A program made the position numbers and the translations under genes. A stretch of DNA of 46,637 bases, taken from the sequence record SRR20825019_236; one strand, 5' to 3'. Shown here piece after piece: positions 28,330 through 39,026 of the stretch; the stretch's first letter is position 1, and every line of letters starts with the position of its first letter. Below the pieces are notes generated by a model that did no database searches, was not told the DNA's origin, and worked only from the letters and a program-made list of their open reading frames with translations.

Positions 28330-29328
28330 TCAGCGTTGCTGCTTTTTCTCTGCTGCCAGTTTGTCGGCTTCACGACGTTGGCGTTTTTTCTGGCGGTTCA
28401 GTTCGGCTGCCTCTGCTGTTTCTTGGCCGATATGGGCTTCACCCCGCTGGCGGGCAAGTTCAATCTGTTTTTCCCGCTCGGCATAGCGTCTTTTCTGATC
28501 TTCAGAGGTTTGATGATAGCAATGCGGGCAACTGACCCCTTTCTGATACAGCGGGCTCTGTTTATCTTCTTCAGTTATCGGCAGACGGCAGGCATGACAT
28601 TGATCGTAATCGCCTTTTTCCAGTTGATGATTGACCGTCACCCGGTCATCAAACACAAAGCATTCACCTTCCCACAGGGATTCATCGTCTGGCACGTCTT
28701 CCAGGTACTTTAGAATGCCACCTTCCAGGTGATAAACCTCTTCAAAGCCCTGTTCTTTCAGATAGGCGGTGGATTTTTCGCAGCGTATGCCGCCGGTGCA
28801 GAACATGGCGACTTTCTTGTGCTTGTTCGGATCCAGGTGGCTTTTTACGTATTCGGGAAACTCGCGGAAGCTGTCAGTTTTTGGATTCACCGCATTTTTG
28901 AAGGTACCGACCTGTACTTCATAGTCGTTACGGGTATCGACCAGCAGGACATCCGGCTCAGAAATCAGCTGGTTCCATTCGGTGGGTTTGACGTAGGTAC
29001 CGACCACGCGTTTGGGATCGATGCCTTCGACGCCCATGGTGACGATTTCTTTTTTGAGCTTGACGCGGCTGCGCATAAACGGCGAGCTGTCGGTGTAGGA
29101 CTCTTTAAAGCTGATTTCAGCAAGGCGCGGATCTTGTCTCAGGTAGTCGAGCAGGGCATTGATAGCATGGCGGGAACCGGCGACCGTGCCATTAATGCCT
29201 TCTCTGGCAAGCAGCAAAGTGCCGCGAATGTCATGAGCAAGCATGAAGTCCAGCAAAGGCTGTTTCTTTGCCTGAAAATCATCCAGCGTGACAAATTTAT
29301 AGAGGGCGCAAACGACAGTCTCGGCCAT
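28330..29328 (-). CDS. trhO: tRNA uridine(34) hydroxylase, rhodanese family
   Basis: [38 protein letters not shown]. Confidence 0.92.
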   Translation of the reverse strand: MAETVVCALYKFVTLDDFQAKKQPLLDFMLAHDIRGTLLLAREGINGTVAGSRHAINALLDYLRQDPRLAEISFKESYTDSSPFMRSRVKLKKEIVTMGVEGIDPKRVVGTYVKPTEWNQLISEPDVLLVDTRNDYEVQVGTFKNAVNPKTDSFREFPEYVKSHLDPNKHKKVAMFCTGGIRCEKSTAYLKEQGFEEVYHLEGGILKYLEDVPDDESLWEGECFVFDDRVTVNHQLEKGDYDQCHACRLPITEEDKQSPLYQKGVSCPHCYHQTSEDQKRRYAEREKQIELARQRGEAHIGQETAEAAELNRQKKRQRREADKLAAEKKQQR

Positions 29329-29521
29329 GTTGGTGTTTCCTGGGGTGCTGACTTAAACCTGTTATTTTACTTGGATTTAGTGGGGCTGTCCTGCCAATCA
29401 ACAGGTAAGTTTTTAAATCGGTATTTGAGATTTTAATTTTTCATGCGCAGGCGTAATATTACCGGATAATAATAAAGTACAACCACCATGCATTGTTTTC
29501 AAAGGCGGGAGTGGCTCAACC

Positions 29522-29938
29522 ATGGACGAACAAGAACAGCTCAGGCTCACCAATGACCAGTGGCAGCAGGATGATGAGCGCTGGCAGGAAGAAATCCAGT
29601 ATTGGCAGCATGAAACCCAGCGTCTGGTGGCGTTGCTTTACATGCTGGAAAAAGCGCTGCCGGAGCATTCATCCAAGCTCGATATTCACAAAGCCCGCAT
29701 CGATAAACACAATGAAGATTTAAACCGTTACCGCTGTGGCCTGGAAAAGGCGTGTCTGCCCGACTGTCCCTCGCATATCGAGGTCGAAAAAAATAAGCAC
29801 CTGCATAAGATGATGGCACGTAATCACAAGGATATGCAGCGCGAACATGAGACCTTCAGCAAGGAATATTACAAAAAAATGCGACGCTTCCGTGAACTGG
29901 CTGAAAGGCTGATGGATGAGCTTGAGGATTTTAAGTAA
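29522..29938 (+). CDS. Hypothetical helical protein with Cys/His cluster
   Basis: GGAG RBS; CGLEKACLPDCPSH. Confidence 0.7.
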   Translation: MDEQEQLRLTNDQWQQDDERWQEEIQYWQHETQRLVALLYMLEKALPEHSSKLDIHKARIDKHNEDLNRYRCGLEKACLPDCPSHIEVEKNKHLHKMMARNHKDMQREHETFSKEYYKKMRRFRELAERLMDELEDFK

Positions 29939-29941
29939 GAC

Positions 29942-30529
29942 TTAACCCTGCCAGCTGCGTACCCGGCCGGTATCGATATGAATAAATCCTGAACCCGGAT
30001 AATAACCGACACCGCCGACTTTCAAGCCCAGTGCACTTTTCCGCAGCTCTTCGAGCTGACGGCCGGGGAGACGGACATCAATCGCTTTACCCTGCATGTG
30101 CAGACTCTTCTTGGCCACACCATCACTATTTTTCCGTAGCATCTGGTTAGTTTTTGGCGAACGATAGCCGGAGATCACATGAAAGGGCTGTTTACCGTGC
30201 ATTTTCTGGTGTAACAGGTTCAGCATTTCAATCAGGTTTTGATCGATTTCATGGATATCACCGGTGCGGTGATCGCGCAGCACCCGGTGAATGGCCTGTA
30301 ATTCGTCAGGCTGATAGTCGCCTTCGGCCCAGTAGGTGGCCTTAACCTGTTCGCCGGTGTGCAGGTTCATCAGGGCGATGGAGCGTTCAGGCTGTTTCAA
30401 TACGTTGGCAAAAGCGTTGGGCATAGCGAGGGTCGCTGTGGCCCCTAATCCAATTTGCAGGAAACGGCGTCTGAATTCGCAGGTTTCACCGTCGAGATAG
30501 GGAGATTTTTTGCCCTTTTTTGCCAGCAT
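29942..30529 (-). CDS. mepK: Peptidase M15/YcbK (DUF882)
   Basis: Tat RRRFL, SGYRS, SLHMQGKAID, FIHIDTG. Confidence 0.9.
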   Translation of the reverse strand: MLAKKGKKSPYLDGETCEFRRRFLQIGLGATATLAMPNAFANVLKQPERSIALMNLHTGEQVKATYWAEGDYQPDELQAIHRVLRDHRTGDIHEIDQNLIEMLNLLHQKMHGKQPFHVISGYRSPKTNQMLRKNSDGVAKKSLHMQGKAIDVRLPGRQLEELRKSALGLKVGGVGYYPGSGFIHIDTGRVRSWQG

Positions 30530-30584
30530 AAGCCCGCCTCTGTTTTGTTCAAAATTTGAACAATTATAACCAAAAGTTTTTCTG

Positions 30585-32123
30585 TTACAAGCGTTTAATC
30601 ATTCGCTGATCACGCTTATAGGGATCGGTGGAAAATAAAACTTCGCCATCGTAAGGCCAGACAGTGAAATAAACAGCATAGACGGGTAAGTGGGTTTCCA
30701 GTTTCTCACCCAGATTGCGACCACTTTCTATTTTGCTGAGTACAGAGTCACGCGCATTATTGCGGTTGAGGCTGAATTCGGCCAGCGCCAATGGCTCTTC
30801 AACCCGGATACAACCGGAGCTGAAATTACGCTGGGCTTGGTCAAACAGGGCTTTATCAGGAGTGTCGTGCAGGTAGATACTCCACGGATTGGGAAACATG
30901 AATTTAATCCGGCCCAACGCATTGTTTTCCCCGGGACGTTGCTGCAGGCGGAAAGGAAAATCGCTGGCGCTGATTTCATCCCAGTTAACGAAGTAAGGGT
31001 CGACTTCTACCTCAAAGCCACTCTCGCGCAGGAAAATATTGAAGTCATTGAGAAAGAAATAATCCGGATTGGCTTTCTGTTTGGGCAAGAGATCCCGTCT
31101 CGCCAGTTTGTGCGGAACATTCCAGTAGGGATTGATAACGATATGCGTCATCGCGCTGCTGAAGCTGGGGGTAGAGCGGGTTTCTTTCCCCACAATCACT
31201 TTCATATAGAGTTTGATGTGATTGTTTTCGACGGCCGTCAGCTGATAACTGCCAAGATTGACAAGCAGATAGCGGTCTCCCAACTCATCGGGCAGCCAGC
31301 GAAAGCGTTCAAGATTGATACGGATTTTATCGACCATGTCCTGAGCAGGCACATTCAGCGCTGCCAAGGTATTCGGCCCCACAACGCCGTCCTGTTTCAG
31401 GCCGTGTTTTTTCTGAAAAGCTTCGACCGCCTGTACCAGCCTTTCGTCATAGAGTGTTGAGCCGTCAAATTCCGGCCGGGTGAGGTATGCATCTTCTATC
31501 GACAGCCGCTGCCGCAATGCAGGGACTGCCGGATGTTCTGAGCCCGGTTTCAGCAACGGCATATCAGGCAGACGCTGCCAGCCACCGCGGGCGACATAGC
31601 GGCGATACTCTGACAGCGCTTCGGTCATTTGATGATATTGACTGGATTTGGGCAGCAACTGGTTGAGTGTGTTGCGTAAATGCGGGCTGAGTAGTGCATT
31701 TTGCAGGACGGAGGCCGGGTCGATACTGTCGCGTTCAATATGCCACTGCGGATCGGCTTTCGCCGGATCCAGGCGGCCTATCGCCAAATCATGGATGAGA
31801 TCCAGCAGCGCATCGGTCAGCAGGACATCAAAGTAGCGGGCGCGTTCGATATTGTCCGGTGCTGACAGCTGCTGCAGTAGACTCAGATGATAGTCTTCGG
31901 GATCAAGCCCGTGCTGGGCGGCGTTGGATAGGAAACTGAGCGCTTCACGACCCTGATTGGTGAGTTGCAGGCCACTCAGCCAGATAGCCTCATGGTTATC
32001 GGTAAACTGTGCCAGCTGCGGGTGATCGGGGATGGGTAAGTTATCGGATAGAGAATAGACTTGTGGCGGTGAGCTCAGGCCCATCACCAGAACCATCAGA
32101 ACCAGACCTCTCCTTGCCGTCAC
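30585..32123 (-). CDS. ldtD: L,D-transpeptidase YcbB type
   Basis: PG-binding domain, NLERFRW, IYLHDTP...SSGCIRV; adjacent to ycbK. Confidence 0.9.
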   Translation of the reverse strand: MTARRGLVLMVLVMGLSSPPQVYSLSDNLPIPDHPQLAQFTDNHEAIWLSGLQLTNQGREALSFLSNAAQHGLDPEDYHLSLLQQLSAPDNIERARYFDVLLTDALLDLIHDLAIGRLDPAKADPQWHIERDSIDPASVLQNALLSPHLRNTLNQLLPKSSQYHQMTEALSEYRRYVARGGWQRLPDMPLLKPGSEHPAVPALRQRLSIEDAYLTRPEFDGSTLYDERLVQAVEAFQKKHGLKQDGVVGPNTLAALNVPAQDMVDKIRINLERFRWLPDELGDRYLLVNLGSYQLTAVENNHIKLYMKVIVGKETRSTPSFSSAMTHIVINPYWNVPHKLARRDLLPKQKANPDYFFLNDFNIFLRESGFEVEVDPYFVNWDEISASDFPFRLQQRPGENNALGRIKFMFPNPWSIYLHDTPDKALFDQAQRNFSSGCIRVEEPLALAEFSLNRNNARDSVLSKIESGRNLGEKLETHLPVYAVYFTVWPYDGEVLFSTDPYKRDQRMIKRL

Positions 32124-32186
32124 AGCTGCCTCGTTTATGTTGTCCTACCCATGTTAATTCGATGATCACATGCGTGTGTTGGAGGG

Positions 32187-33149
32187 TCAAGCCGAACGGC
32201 GGCTGCGCACCAGCAGCCACAGGAAAAACGGCCCGCCTAGCAGGGTGGTGATGATACCGACCGGTAATTCAGCCGGGGCAATCACCAGCCTTGCCAGCGT
32301 ATCGCAGAGGATCAGAAAACCGCCGCCGAAAATCAGGGTGGCCGGGATCAGCCAGCGGTGGTCGGTACCTATAATGAGGCGGCAGATATGCGGCACCATC
32401 ATGCCGACAAAACCGATCGGACCACATAGGGCGACAATGGCCCCGACACAGAGTGAGGTAGTGAAAAACAGCAGGTAACGGACTCGTTTTACCGCGACAC
32501 CGCGGCTGATCGCTATCTCGTCACCGGCCATCAGCAGATTGAGCTCACGGCTGAGCCAGATCATGATGCCGGCACTGAAAACGACTATCGGCAGGAGTTG
32601 CAGCAGAGACTGGTAACCGCTGATGCTGAGTCCGCCCATCAGCCAGCGAAGAATCCTGAAGGAATCATTGATGTTGCTGAGATACTGGGTGAACAGGATC
32701 AGGCTGGAAAAGAAAAAGCTGGTCGCCACACCGGTCAGCAGCAGGGTCTCGATTGAAAAGCTGTAGTGCAGCCGACTGATACCGTAGACAAAGCTAATGG
32801 CAACAAGGGCGCCGATAAAAGCGCCTAGAGTTGTCGCATCAAAGCCCAGTAAAGAAACGTTGAGCCCCAGAAAAACGGTTAAAGCGGCACCGAAAGAAGC
32901 CCCACTGGCAACGCCAAGCGTAAACGGGGTCGCCAGAGGGTTATGGAACATGGCCTGAAATACCATGCCACACAGGGCGAGTCCGGCACCGGCGACAAAA
33001 GCAAACAGGGTTCTGGGCAAACGAATATCATAAAGAATGTGCTCCCTGATTGCTGCATCAGCAATATCACTGAGGCCGGCAAAGGGGGCCAGCAGCATTA
33101 TGGCCAGCGTCAGCACGGAGAGCAGGGTCAGTTTGGCGCTGGCTGTCAT
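32187..33149 (-). CDS. FecCD/BtuC ABC permease
   Basis: IRLPR, NPLATPFTLG, GPIGFVG, PVG...LGGPFF. Confidence 0.9.
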   Translation of the reverse strand: MTASAKLTLLSVLTLAIMLLAPFAGLSDIADAAIREHILYDIRLPRTLFAFVAGAGLALCGMVFQAMFHNPLATPFTLGVASGASFGAALTVFLGLNVSLLGFDATTLGAFIGALVAISFVYGISRLHYSFSIETLLLTGVATSFFFSSLILFTQYLSNINDSFRILRWLMGGLSISGYQSLLQLLPIVVFSAGIMIWLSRELNLLMAGDEIAISRGVAVKRVRYLLFFTTSLCVGAIVALCGPIGFVGMMVPHICRLIIGTDHRWLIPATLIFGGGFLILCDTLARLVIAPAELPVGIITTLLGGPFFLWLLVRSRRSA

Positions 33150-33931
33150 AGCGGATCCGCCAGTGCGATGGTTCTGCCGCTTCTGGGGTGGGTGACAAAC
33201 ACAAAGTCCTGCTGATAGAGACGTTGCAAACGCCCTTGTTCCAGAAATATTTCTCCCGGACCCTGCCAGACGGCCTGACCGTCAGCCAGCGCCAGTACCT
33301 CGCGTCCCTTCTGACCGGCATGATTAATATCATGGCTGACTTCAATCACGGTGATGCCCAGTTGCTCATTGAGCCGGGCAATGACCCGGTGCACTTCAAC
33401 CTGATGATGCGGATCCAGGTAGCTGGTGGGTTCATCCAGCAGCATGATCGGGGTTTGCTGTGCCAGTGCGGCGGCAATCATCACACGCTGGCTTTCACCG
33501 CCGCTTAGAGTTGTCATCTGGCGCTGGCGGAACTGACTGGTATTTGTAATCCGCAAAGCGTCTTCCACCGCTTCCTGATCATCGGGCTGCCATTCCGATA
33601 ATGCACTGTGGTGGGCGTAACGCGACATTTTAAGAAAGTCTTCCACCGCAAACGGCAGTTGCCGACCACTGCTCTGCGGCACATAGCTGACCAGTCGGGC
33701 GAGTTCACGCTGTGAATAAGTGGAAAGTGGCTGGTCATGGAAAAGAATCTCACCGTCAGCTTTATCGATGATGCCCATCATCGCTTTAAGCAGACTGCTC
33801 TTGCCTGCGCCATTGGGACCAACTACGACCAGGTAATGACCGGCAGTGAGCGAAAAGCTGATATCCGTTAACAGCGTTTTTTCCTGCAGGCGAACCTGAA
33901 GCCCACTCACCTCAATCATCGGTTGTCTCAT
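33146..33931 (-). CDS. ABC ATPase (BtuD/FecE type)
   Basis: GPNGAGKS, LSGGE, LLDEPT. Confidence 0.92.
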   Translation of the reverse strand: MRQPMIEVSGLQVRLQEKTLLTDISFSLTAGHYLVVVGPNGAGKSSLLKAMMGIIDKADGEILFHDQPLSTYSQRELARLVSYVPQSSGRQLPFAVEDFLKMSRYAHHSALSEWQPDDQEAVEDALRITNTSQFRQRQMTTLSGGESQRVMIAAALAQQTPIMLLDEPTSYLDPHHQVEVHRVIARLNEQLGITVIEVSHDINHAGQKGREVLALADGQAVWQGPGEIFLEQGRLQRLYQQDFVFVTHPRSGRTIALADPL

Positions 33932-34829
33932 CCCAGTTCAGTTGCGGATGCAACAGGCGGGCAAAGTCGCGCAGCAACATAAAGATTCTGGGGCCGGGCA
34001 CACTGCCGTAGTCACGTTGGATAATGTGAACCCGGCCCGCTTGCACGGCACTGACGGTCTCTAATTGCTGCCACTGTTGCATGACTTGATCCATATTGCT
34101 TTGATGGTCGTCGGCTTCCGGAAAAACGTCGATGATAACATCCGGATTCATGCGGATAAGGCCTTCCTCGCTGACCGAGGGCACCATGACTTTTGTGCCC
34201 TGATAGACATTAATGCCCCCGGCCAGTTTGAGCAGATCATTATAAAAATCATGCTGCCCTGCGACATAGACCGTTTCAAGCTGGTCACTGTTAACATAAT
34301 GGGCGATGGAAACCAGAGTGCGGACTACTGGCTGCGATTCGACTTTGGTCCGGACGGACGTGATTTGCTGTTCGATATCAGTCAGCAGGGCGTCGGCCTG
34401 TCGCTCATGGCCGGTCACCTGGCCGATGCTGGCAATGGCGGCCTGGATGCCGAGCAGGGTGCTGTTATCGATACTGTGAGTGCGAATACCGAGTTGATTG
34501 AGCTGCTGACGCAGTTGCTGCTGGCCCTCGAGCATGATGACCAGATCCGGCTGCCTGGCTACAATCGCTTCCAGGCTGGTATCGGTATAACCGCCGACCG
34601 TGGGCAGTTCGCGAGCGGCGGGCGGATAATCACAATAATCAGTCACAGCGGCCAGTTTATCGCCGACTCCGAGGGCATAGAGAGTTTCGGTAATACTGGG
34701 CGCGAGCGAAATAATGCGGCCAGAGTCAGCATCAGTCTGTGGCTGTGGTGCCGGGTGCTCACGCAGGCTGACCAGTCCGATCACGACCAACATCGCGGCA
34801 AAAATGATGAGCGGCCAGAATCGGCGCAT
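33912..34829 (-). CDS. Periplasmic binding protein, BtuF-like
   Basis: RIISLAPSITE, YCDYP, PGPR. Confidence 0.85.
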   Translation of the reverse strand: MRRFWPLIIFAAMLVVIGLVSLREHPAPQPQTDADSGRIISLAPSITETLYALGVGDKLAAVTDYCDYPPAARELPTVGGYTDTSLEAIVARQPDLVIMLEGQQQLRQQLNQLGIRTHSIDNSTLLGIQAAIASIGQVTGHERQADALLTDIEQQITSVRTKVESQPVVRTLVSIAHYVNSDQLETVYVAGQHDFYNDLLKLAGGINVYQGTKVMVPSVSEEGLIRMNPDVIIDVFPEADDHQSNMDQVMQQWQQLETVSAVQAGRVHIIQRDYGSVPGPRIFMLLRDFARLLHPQLNWDETTDD

Positions 34830-34902
34830 GATTTATCCTGTCACTAAATCTGACATTATAGGAGAGATCAGCGATCCCTTCAGCCAAGAGGAACAAAATA
34901 AA

Positions 34903-35448
34903 ATGACAGAATACGAGGCCATGCTGGCGCAGGCTGACCTGCTTTATGACATGGATGATATCAATCAGTCACTCGATAAAATCGCCCGGGATTTAACCGG
35001 TGATTACCAAAATAAGACACCGGTGGTGCTCTGCGTAATGAATGGGGCGGTGATGACCACCGGCCATTTGCTGCCCAGACTCCTGTTTCCACTGGAGCTG
35101 GATTACATTCATGCCAGCCGTTACGGCGACAAAACAGTGGGCGGTGAACTGGTCTGGCAGTCCGAACCGCGAATTGATTTGAATAACCGCCATGTGCTGC
35201 TGGTGGAAGATATTTTTGATGAAGGTCTGACCCTGGCGGCGTTACGTGAATACTGTCACGAAGCCGGTGCTGCCTCCGTACGCTGTGCCTGTCTGCTGGA
35301 TAAAAAACGCGAAGATAAAATGGGACCGTTGCCGGAATATCTGGGCCTGTCTGTGCCTGATCGCTATGTGTTTGGTTTTGGAATGGATATGGCCGGTTAC
35401 TGGCGTAATCTGCCAGCGATTTATGCGGTCATGGAGCCATCAGCATGA
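34903..35448 (+). CDS. hpt: Hypoxanthine-guanine phosphoribosyltransferase
   Basis: VLLVEDIFDEGLTL PRPP motif, YVFGFGMD. Confidence 0.88.
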   Translation: MTEYEAMLAQADLLYDMDDINQSLDKIARDLTGDYQNKTPVVLCVMNGAVMTTGHLLPRLLFPLELDYIHASRYGDKTVGGELVWQSEPRIDLNNRHVLLVEDIFDEGLTLAALREYCHEAGAASVRCACLLDKKREDKMGPLPEYLGLSVPDRYVFGFGMDMAGYWRNLPAIYAVMEPSA

Positions 35449-36194
35449 GCCTGTTCGGCATTATCGGCGGCAGCGGTCTGTCACAGTATCCTGGGCTTGA
35501 AATGGATGAAAGCCGCGATATCGAAACTTCTTATGGCATGCCGTCAGCACCACTGAAAATGGGGCGACTGAATGGCCAGCAGGTCGTGTTTCTGCCTCGC
35601 CACGGGGAGAATCATCATATCGCGCCACATCGGGTGAATTACCGGGCCAATATAGATGCTTTGAAACAGTCGGGCGTCACACATATTCTGGCCGTCGCCG
35701 CCGTGGGCGGGATTGGCGAACAGTATGGACCAGGCACGCTGGCCGTGCCGGACCAGATTATCGATTACACCCATGGTCGCGAGCAGAGTTTTTTCAGTGA
35801 TGCTTTCAGCGCCGACAAGCATATCGATTTTACCCATCCCTATCACCCGGCAGTGCGGGAGGCGATTCTGAATATCGCAAGGGAACTGGGACTTAATCCG
35901 GTTGATGGTGGTACATACGGCGCCGTGCAGGGACCCCGTTTAGAAACGGCTGCCGAGATCCGGCGCATGGCAAGAGATGGCTGTGATCTGGTGGGGATGA
36001 CCGGCATGCCTGAGGCTTACCTGGCGAAAGAGGCCGGTATTGATTATGCGACGCTGGCAGTGGTGGCTAACTGGGCCGCCGGCGTCACCGAGTCTGAGCT
36101 CAGCATGGCTGAAATCGAGCAGACACTCGCCGCCGGCATCGATAATGTACAGGCGGTGATAGCCGGTGTTATTGGCCTTCCGCCGCTTCGCTAG
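35445..36194 (+). CDS. S-methyl-5'-thioinosine phosphorylase (MTAP/PNP family)
   Basis: IIGGSG, RHG, GPRLETAAE, VGMT; VANWAAG rather than the MTAP-type TDYD suggests 6-oxopurine preference. Confidence 0.8.
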   Translation: MSLFGIIGGSGLSQYPGLEMDESRDIETSYGMPSAPLKMGRLNGQQVVFLPRHGENHHIAPHRVNYRANIDALKQSGVTHILAVAAVGGIGEQYGPGTLAVPDQIIDYTHGREQSFFSDAFSADKHIDFTHPYHPAVREAILNIARELGLNPVDGGTYGAVQGPRLETAAEIRRMARDGCDLVGMTGMPEAYLAKEAGIDYATLAVVANWAAGVTESELSMAEIEQTLAAGIDNVQAVIAGVIGLPPLR

Positions 36195-36831
36195 TTTCTG
36201 GCAAGGAATAACTTTCCGGTGTTTTGGAAACAGCCGATGCCGGTGCGGCAACCGGGGTGAGCTGTAAAATGGCTGCAATGCGCGGATGGTCAAAATAAAT
36301 CAGTTGTTTGGATTTAATCCGGCGGATCTGTGACAGATGCGGATTGCGGGGACCACCCAGATCAACGCTATCAGGCGTGGCAGCGCCCCAATTACTGGCA
36401 GCACTGCCATTTTCCTTGAACCACAGATCAATATCAGCATGCAAGTAATTGACCCGGTACAGCTTCAACGCCCCTTCCACCAGGCCATTATCGGAATTGA
36501 TCTGAATTGGGCGGGCGCTGCCTTTGCTCAGCATCGGTTGTTGCCAGGCTTTGTGATAATGCACCCGGTAATTCGACGCGCTCTGTAATCGTTGAGAGAC
36601 GCCGGCAAGTGTTTCTACCTTGGCTGGCTGGATCTGATTGTTGGCCATTTGCGGGCTCAGGCTGCCACTGCGGATGTTATTCATCACCGGCCAGTGCTCG
36701 GCATTAGCTCCACTGAAACGTTCGAAAACGACCAGTTCAACGTGATACCACTGCTGGGCCAATGCTGTGGTACTCAGCAGAGACAGGGTGGTCAGCAGAG
36801 CGAGTCGGGCAAAAAGCGTATTGAGATTCAT
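36169..36831 (-). CDS. CsiV-like periplasmic peptidoglycan-binding protein
   Basis: Signal peptide, WYHVELVVF, HKAWQQP, YLH, YFDHP. Confidence 0.8.
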   Translation of the reverse strand: MNLNTLFARLALLTTLSLLSTTALAQQWYHVELVVFERFSGANAEHWPVMNNIRSGSLSPQMANNQIQPAKVETLAGVSQRLQSASNYRVHYHKAWQQPMLSKGSARPIQINSDNGLVEGALKLYRVNYLHADIDLWFKENGSAASNWGAATPDSVDLGGPRNPHLSQIRRIKSKQLIYFDHPRIAAILQLTPVAAPASAVSKTPESYSLPETSEAAEGQ

Positions 36832-36961
36832 GGCAACCTTATTGTTGTGGTTCCGGCTTATTGTCCATCGAACGACAGACAATATTCAAGTCATACGCCA
36901 GACAGGCGTTTGCTGCTATTATCGGCATGATCAATGCTGATCAAACCTGGAGAGCACGCAA

Positions 36962-37885
36962 ATGGATGGATTTTCGAGTTTCGTCATCTTCTTTTTAGTC
37001 CTGGCTGTCGTCATCGTTTTGATGGGTGTCAAATCGGTCAGTCAGGGCAGAGAGTACACCGTAGAACGCTTCGGCCGTTACACCCGCACACTGCGGCCCG
37101 GTCTCAATCTCATTGTGCCCGTTATCGACAGCATCGGTAACAAAATTAATATGATGGAGCAGGTGCTGGATGTGCCGTCCCAGGAAATCATCACCAAAGA
37201 TAATGCCATGGTCAGGGTCAATGGCGTGGTGTTTTTTCAAGTCATCGATGCCGCTAAGGCCGCGTATGAGATCAGTGGTCTGGACAATGCCATTCTTAAT
37301 CTGACCATGACCAACATCCGTACCGTGATGGGGTCAATGGATCTGGACGAACTGTTGTCCAAGCGCGATGAGATCAACACCCGCCTGCTGGGCGTGGTCG
37401 ATGATGCCACGACACCCTGGGGCGTGAAGGTGACCCGGATCGAGATTAAGGACATCGACCCGCCGGTGGACCTGGTGGAAGCGATGGGACGGCAAATGAA
37501 AGCGGAGCGGGAAAAACGCGCTAATATTCTGGATGCTGAAGGCCACAGGCAGGCTGAGATTCTGCGTGCTGAAGGTGAAAAGCAGGCGGCGGTACTGGAA
37601 GCTGAAGGACGTCGGGAGGCGGCATTCCGCGATGCGGAAGCCAGAGAGCGTCTCGCTGAAGCGGAAGCCAAAGCGACCACGATGGTGTCGGAGGCGATTG
37701 CCAAGGGGGATATTCAGGCGGTGAATTACTTTGTCGCACAGAAATACGTGGAAGCGCTGAAAGACATGGCCTCTGCCGATAACCATAAGGTGATTATGAT
37801 GCCGCTGGAAGCCAGCAATGTGATTGGTTCGGTGGCGGGCATTACGGAACTGGCCAAAGAAGCCTTCGCGAAAAAAGGAGCCTGA
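36962..37885 (+). CDS. qmcA: SPFH/Band 7 protein
   Basis: VERFGRY, ITKDNA, QMKAERE; followed by nfeD. Confidence 0.9.
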   Translation: MDGFSSFVIFFLVLAVVIVLMGVKSVSQGREYTVERFGRYTRTLRPGLNLIVPVIDSIGNKINMMEQVLDVPSQEIITKDNAMVRVNGVVFFQVIDAAKAAYEISGLDNAILNLTMTNIRTVMGSMDLDELLSKRDEINTRLLGVVDDATTPWGVKVTRIEIKDIDPPVDLVEAMGRQMKAEREKRANILDAEGHRQAEILRAEGEKQAAVLEAEGRREAAFRDAEARERLAEAEAKATTMVSEAIAKGDIQAVNYFVAQKYVEALKDMASADNHKVIMMPLEASNVIGSVAGITELAKEAFAKKGA

Positions 37886-37887
37886 TT

Positions 37888-38328
37888 ATGGCCTGGCAAA
37901 TTGACTTCTGGTACTGGTGGATTTTTGCAGTCCTACTGGTGATTATCGAAATTCTGGCGCCCAGCTTTTTTGCCCTTTGGATGGCGATAGCGGCATTTAT
38001 GACCGGTCTGGCACTGTTATTGGTGCCAGAGATATCCTGGCAGATTCAGTTGCTTCTTTTTGCTTTGTTGTCGGTGTTCAGCATTGTCATGTGGCGGCAT
38101 TACTACCTGAAAAATCCGATTCTCAGTGATGAGCCCAATCTGAACCGCCGCGGTGAGCAGTACATTGGCAGGCTGATCACCTTACAGACTCCGATAGTCG
38201 ACGGTATCGGTAAAATCCGCTTGGATGATTCAAGCTGGAAAGTGCAGGGGCCGGATTGCCCTGCGGGTAAAAAAGTGCGTATTGTGGCATTGAATAATGT
38301 GGTTTTCAGTGTTGAGCCGGAGGACTGA
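37888..38328 (+). CDS. NfeD family membrane protein (YbbJ-like)
   Basis: LNRRGEQYIG, DDSSW OB-fold C-terminus. Confidence 0.88.
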   Translation: MAWQIDFWYWWIFAVLLVIIEILAPSFFALWMAIAAFMTGLALLLVPEISWQIQLLLFALLSVFSIVMWRHYYLKNPILSDEPNLNRRGEQYIGRLITLQTPIVDGIGKIRLDDSSWKVQGPDCPAGKKVRIVALNNVVFSVEPED

Positions 38329-38405
38329 CATTAAGCACGATGTCAGAGCTTCAGTCATAGCAGCATTTCACATCAGCTGAAGACTCATCGTTTTACGGTG
38401 GGGGC

Positions 38406-39026
38406 ATGATGCAATCGAGTCAAACACAGACAACGCGGATAGATTTATTGCGTCATGGGGAAGTCGAGGGCGGTGAGCAGTATCGAGGACAACAAGATTA
38501 TGCTCTGAGCCCGGCCGGTTGGACGCAACTTGTAGGCCAGGTGCCGGTTAACCTGCCCTGGCAGCAGATTGTCACTTCACCTTTATTACGCTGTGCTGAT
38601 TTTGCCGAGGATCTGGCACGAAAGTCCGGTCTGTTACTGGCTTATGAACCCCGATTTTGTGAACGCAATATGGGTGAGTGGGAAGGGCGCAGCGCATCGG
38701 AATTACGAGAGCAAGACAATGAAGCGGTGGAGGCTTACTACCGCAATCCGGTGAGTTTTACCCCACCCGGGGCCGAACCCCTTGTCGTTTTTCAGCAACG
38801 GGTATTAGCAGCCTGGGAGGAGTTACTGCTGGACCACCCGCAGCGTCACCTTCTGGTGGTAACCCATGCAGGATGTATCCGGATTATTCTGGCGCAGGTC
38901 TTGAATATGCCTTTACAGTCTATTCCACGGCTGGCGGTACCCTATGCCGGACTGAGCCGGATAGAGATACGTGGCAGCGGTGACACAGCCAGGATGCAAT
39001 TAAAGTTTCATGCAGGACAACAATGA
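38406..39026 (+). CDS. Histidine phosphatase (CobC-like)
   Basis: LRHGE, SPLLRC, GEWEG, VTHAG. Confidence 0.85.
   Translation: MMQSSQTQTTRIDLLRHGEVEGGEQYRGQQDYALSPAGWTQLVGQVPVNLPWQQIVTSPLLRCADFAEDLARKSGLLLAYEPRFCERNMGEWEGRSASELREQDNEAVEAYYRNPVSFTPPGAEPLVVFQQRVLAAWEELLLDHPQRHLLVVTHAGCIRIILAQVLNMPLQSIPRLAVPYAGLSRIEIRGSGDTARMQLKFHAGQQ

Noticed and set aside
13216-34847. Long antisense ORFs (13216-13845, 22128-22832, 28729-29436, 30690-31460, 34065-34847)
   Set aside because: They lie opposite well-supported genes and show no motifs; expected shadow ORFs
34830-34902. Cobalamin riboswitch before the btuF-like operon
   Set aside because: Only 73 nt, shared with divergent hpt, and no B12-box; the substrate (B12 versus iron chelate) stays unassigned
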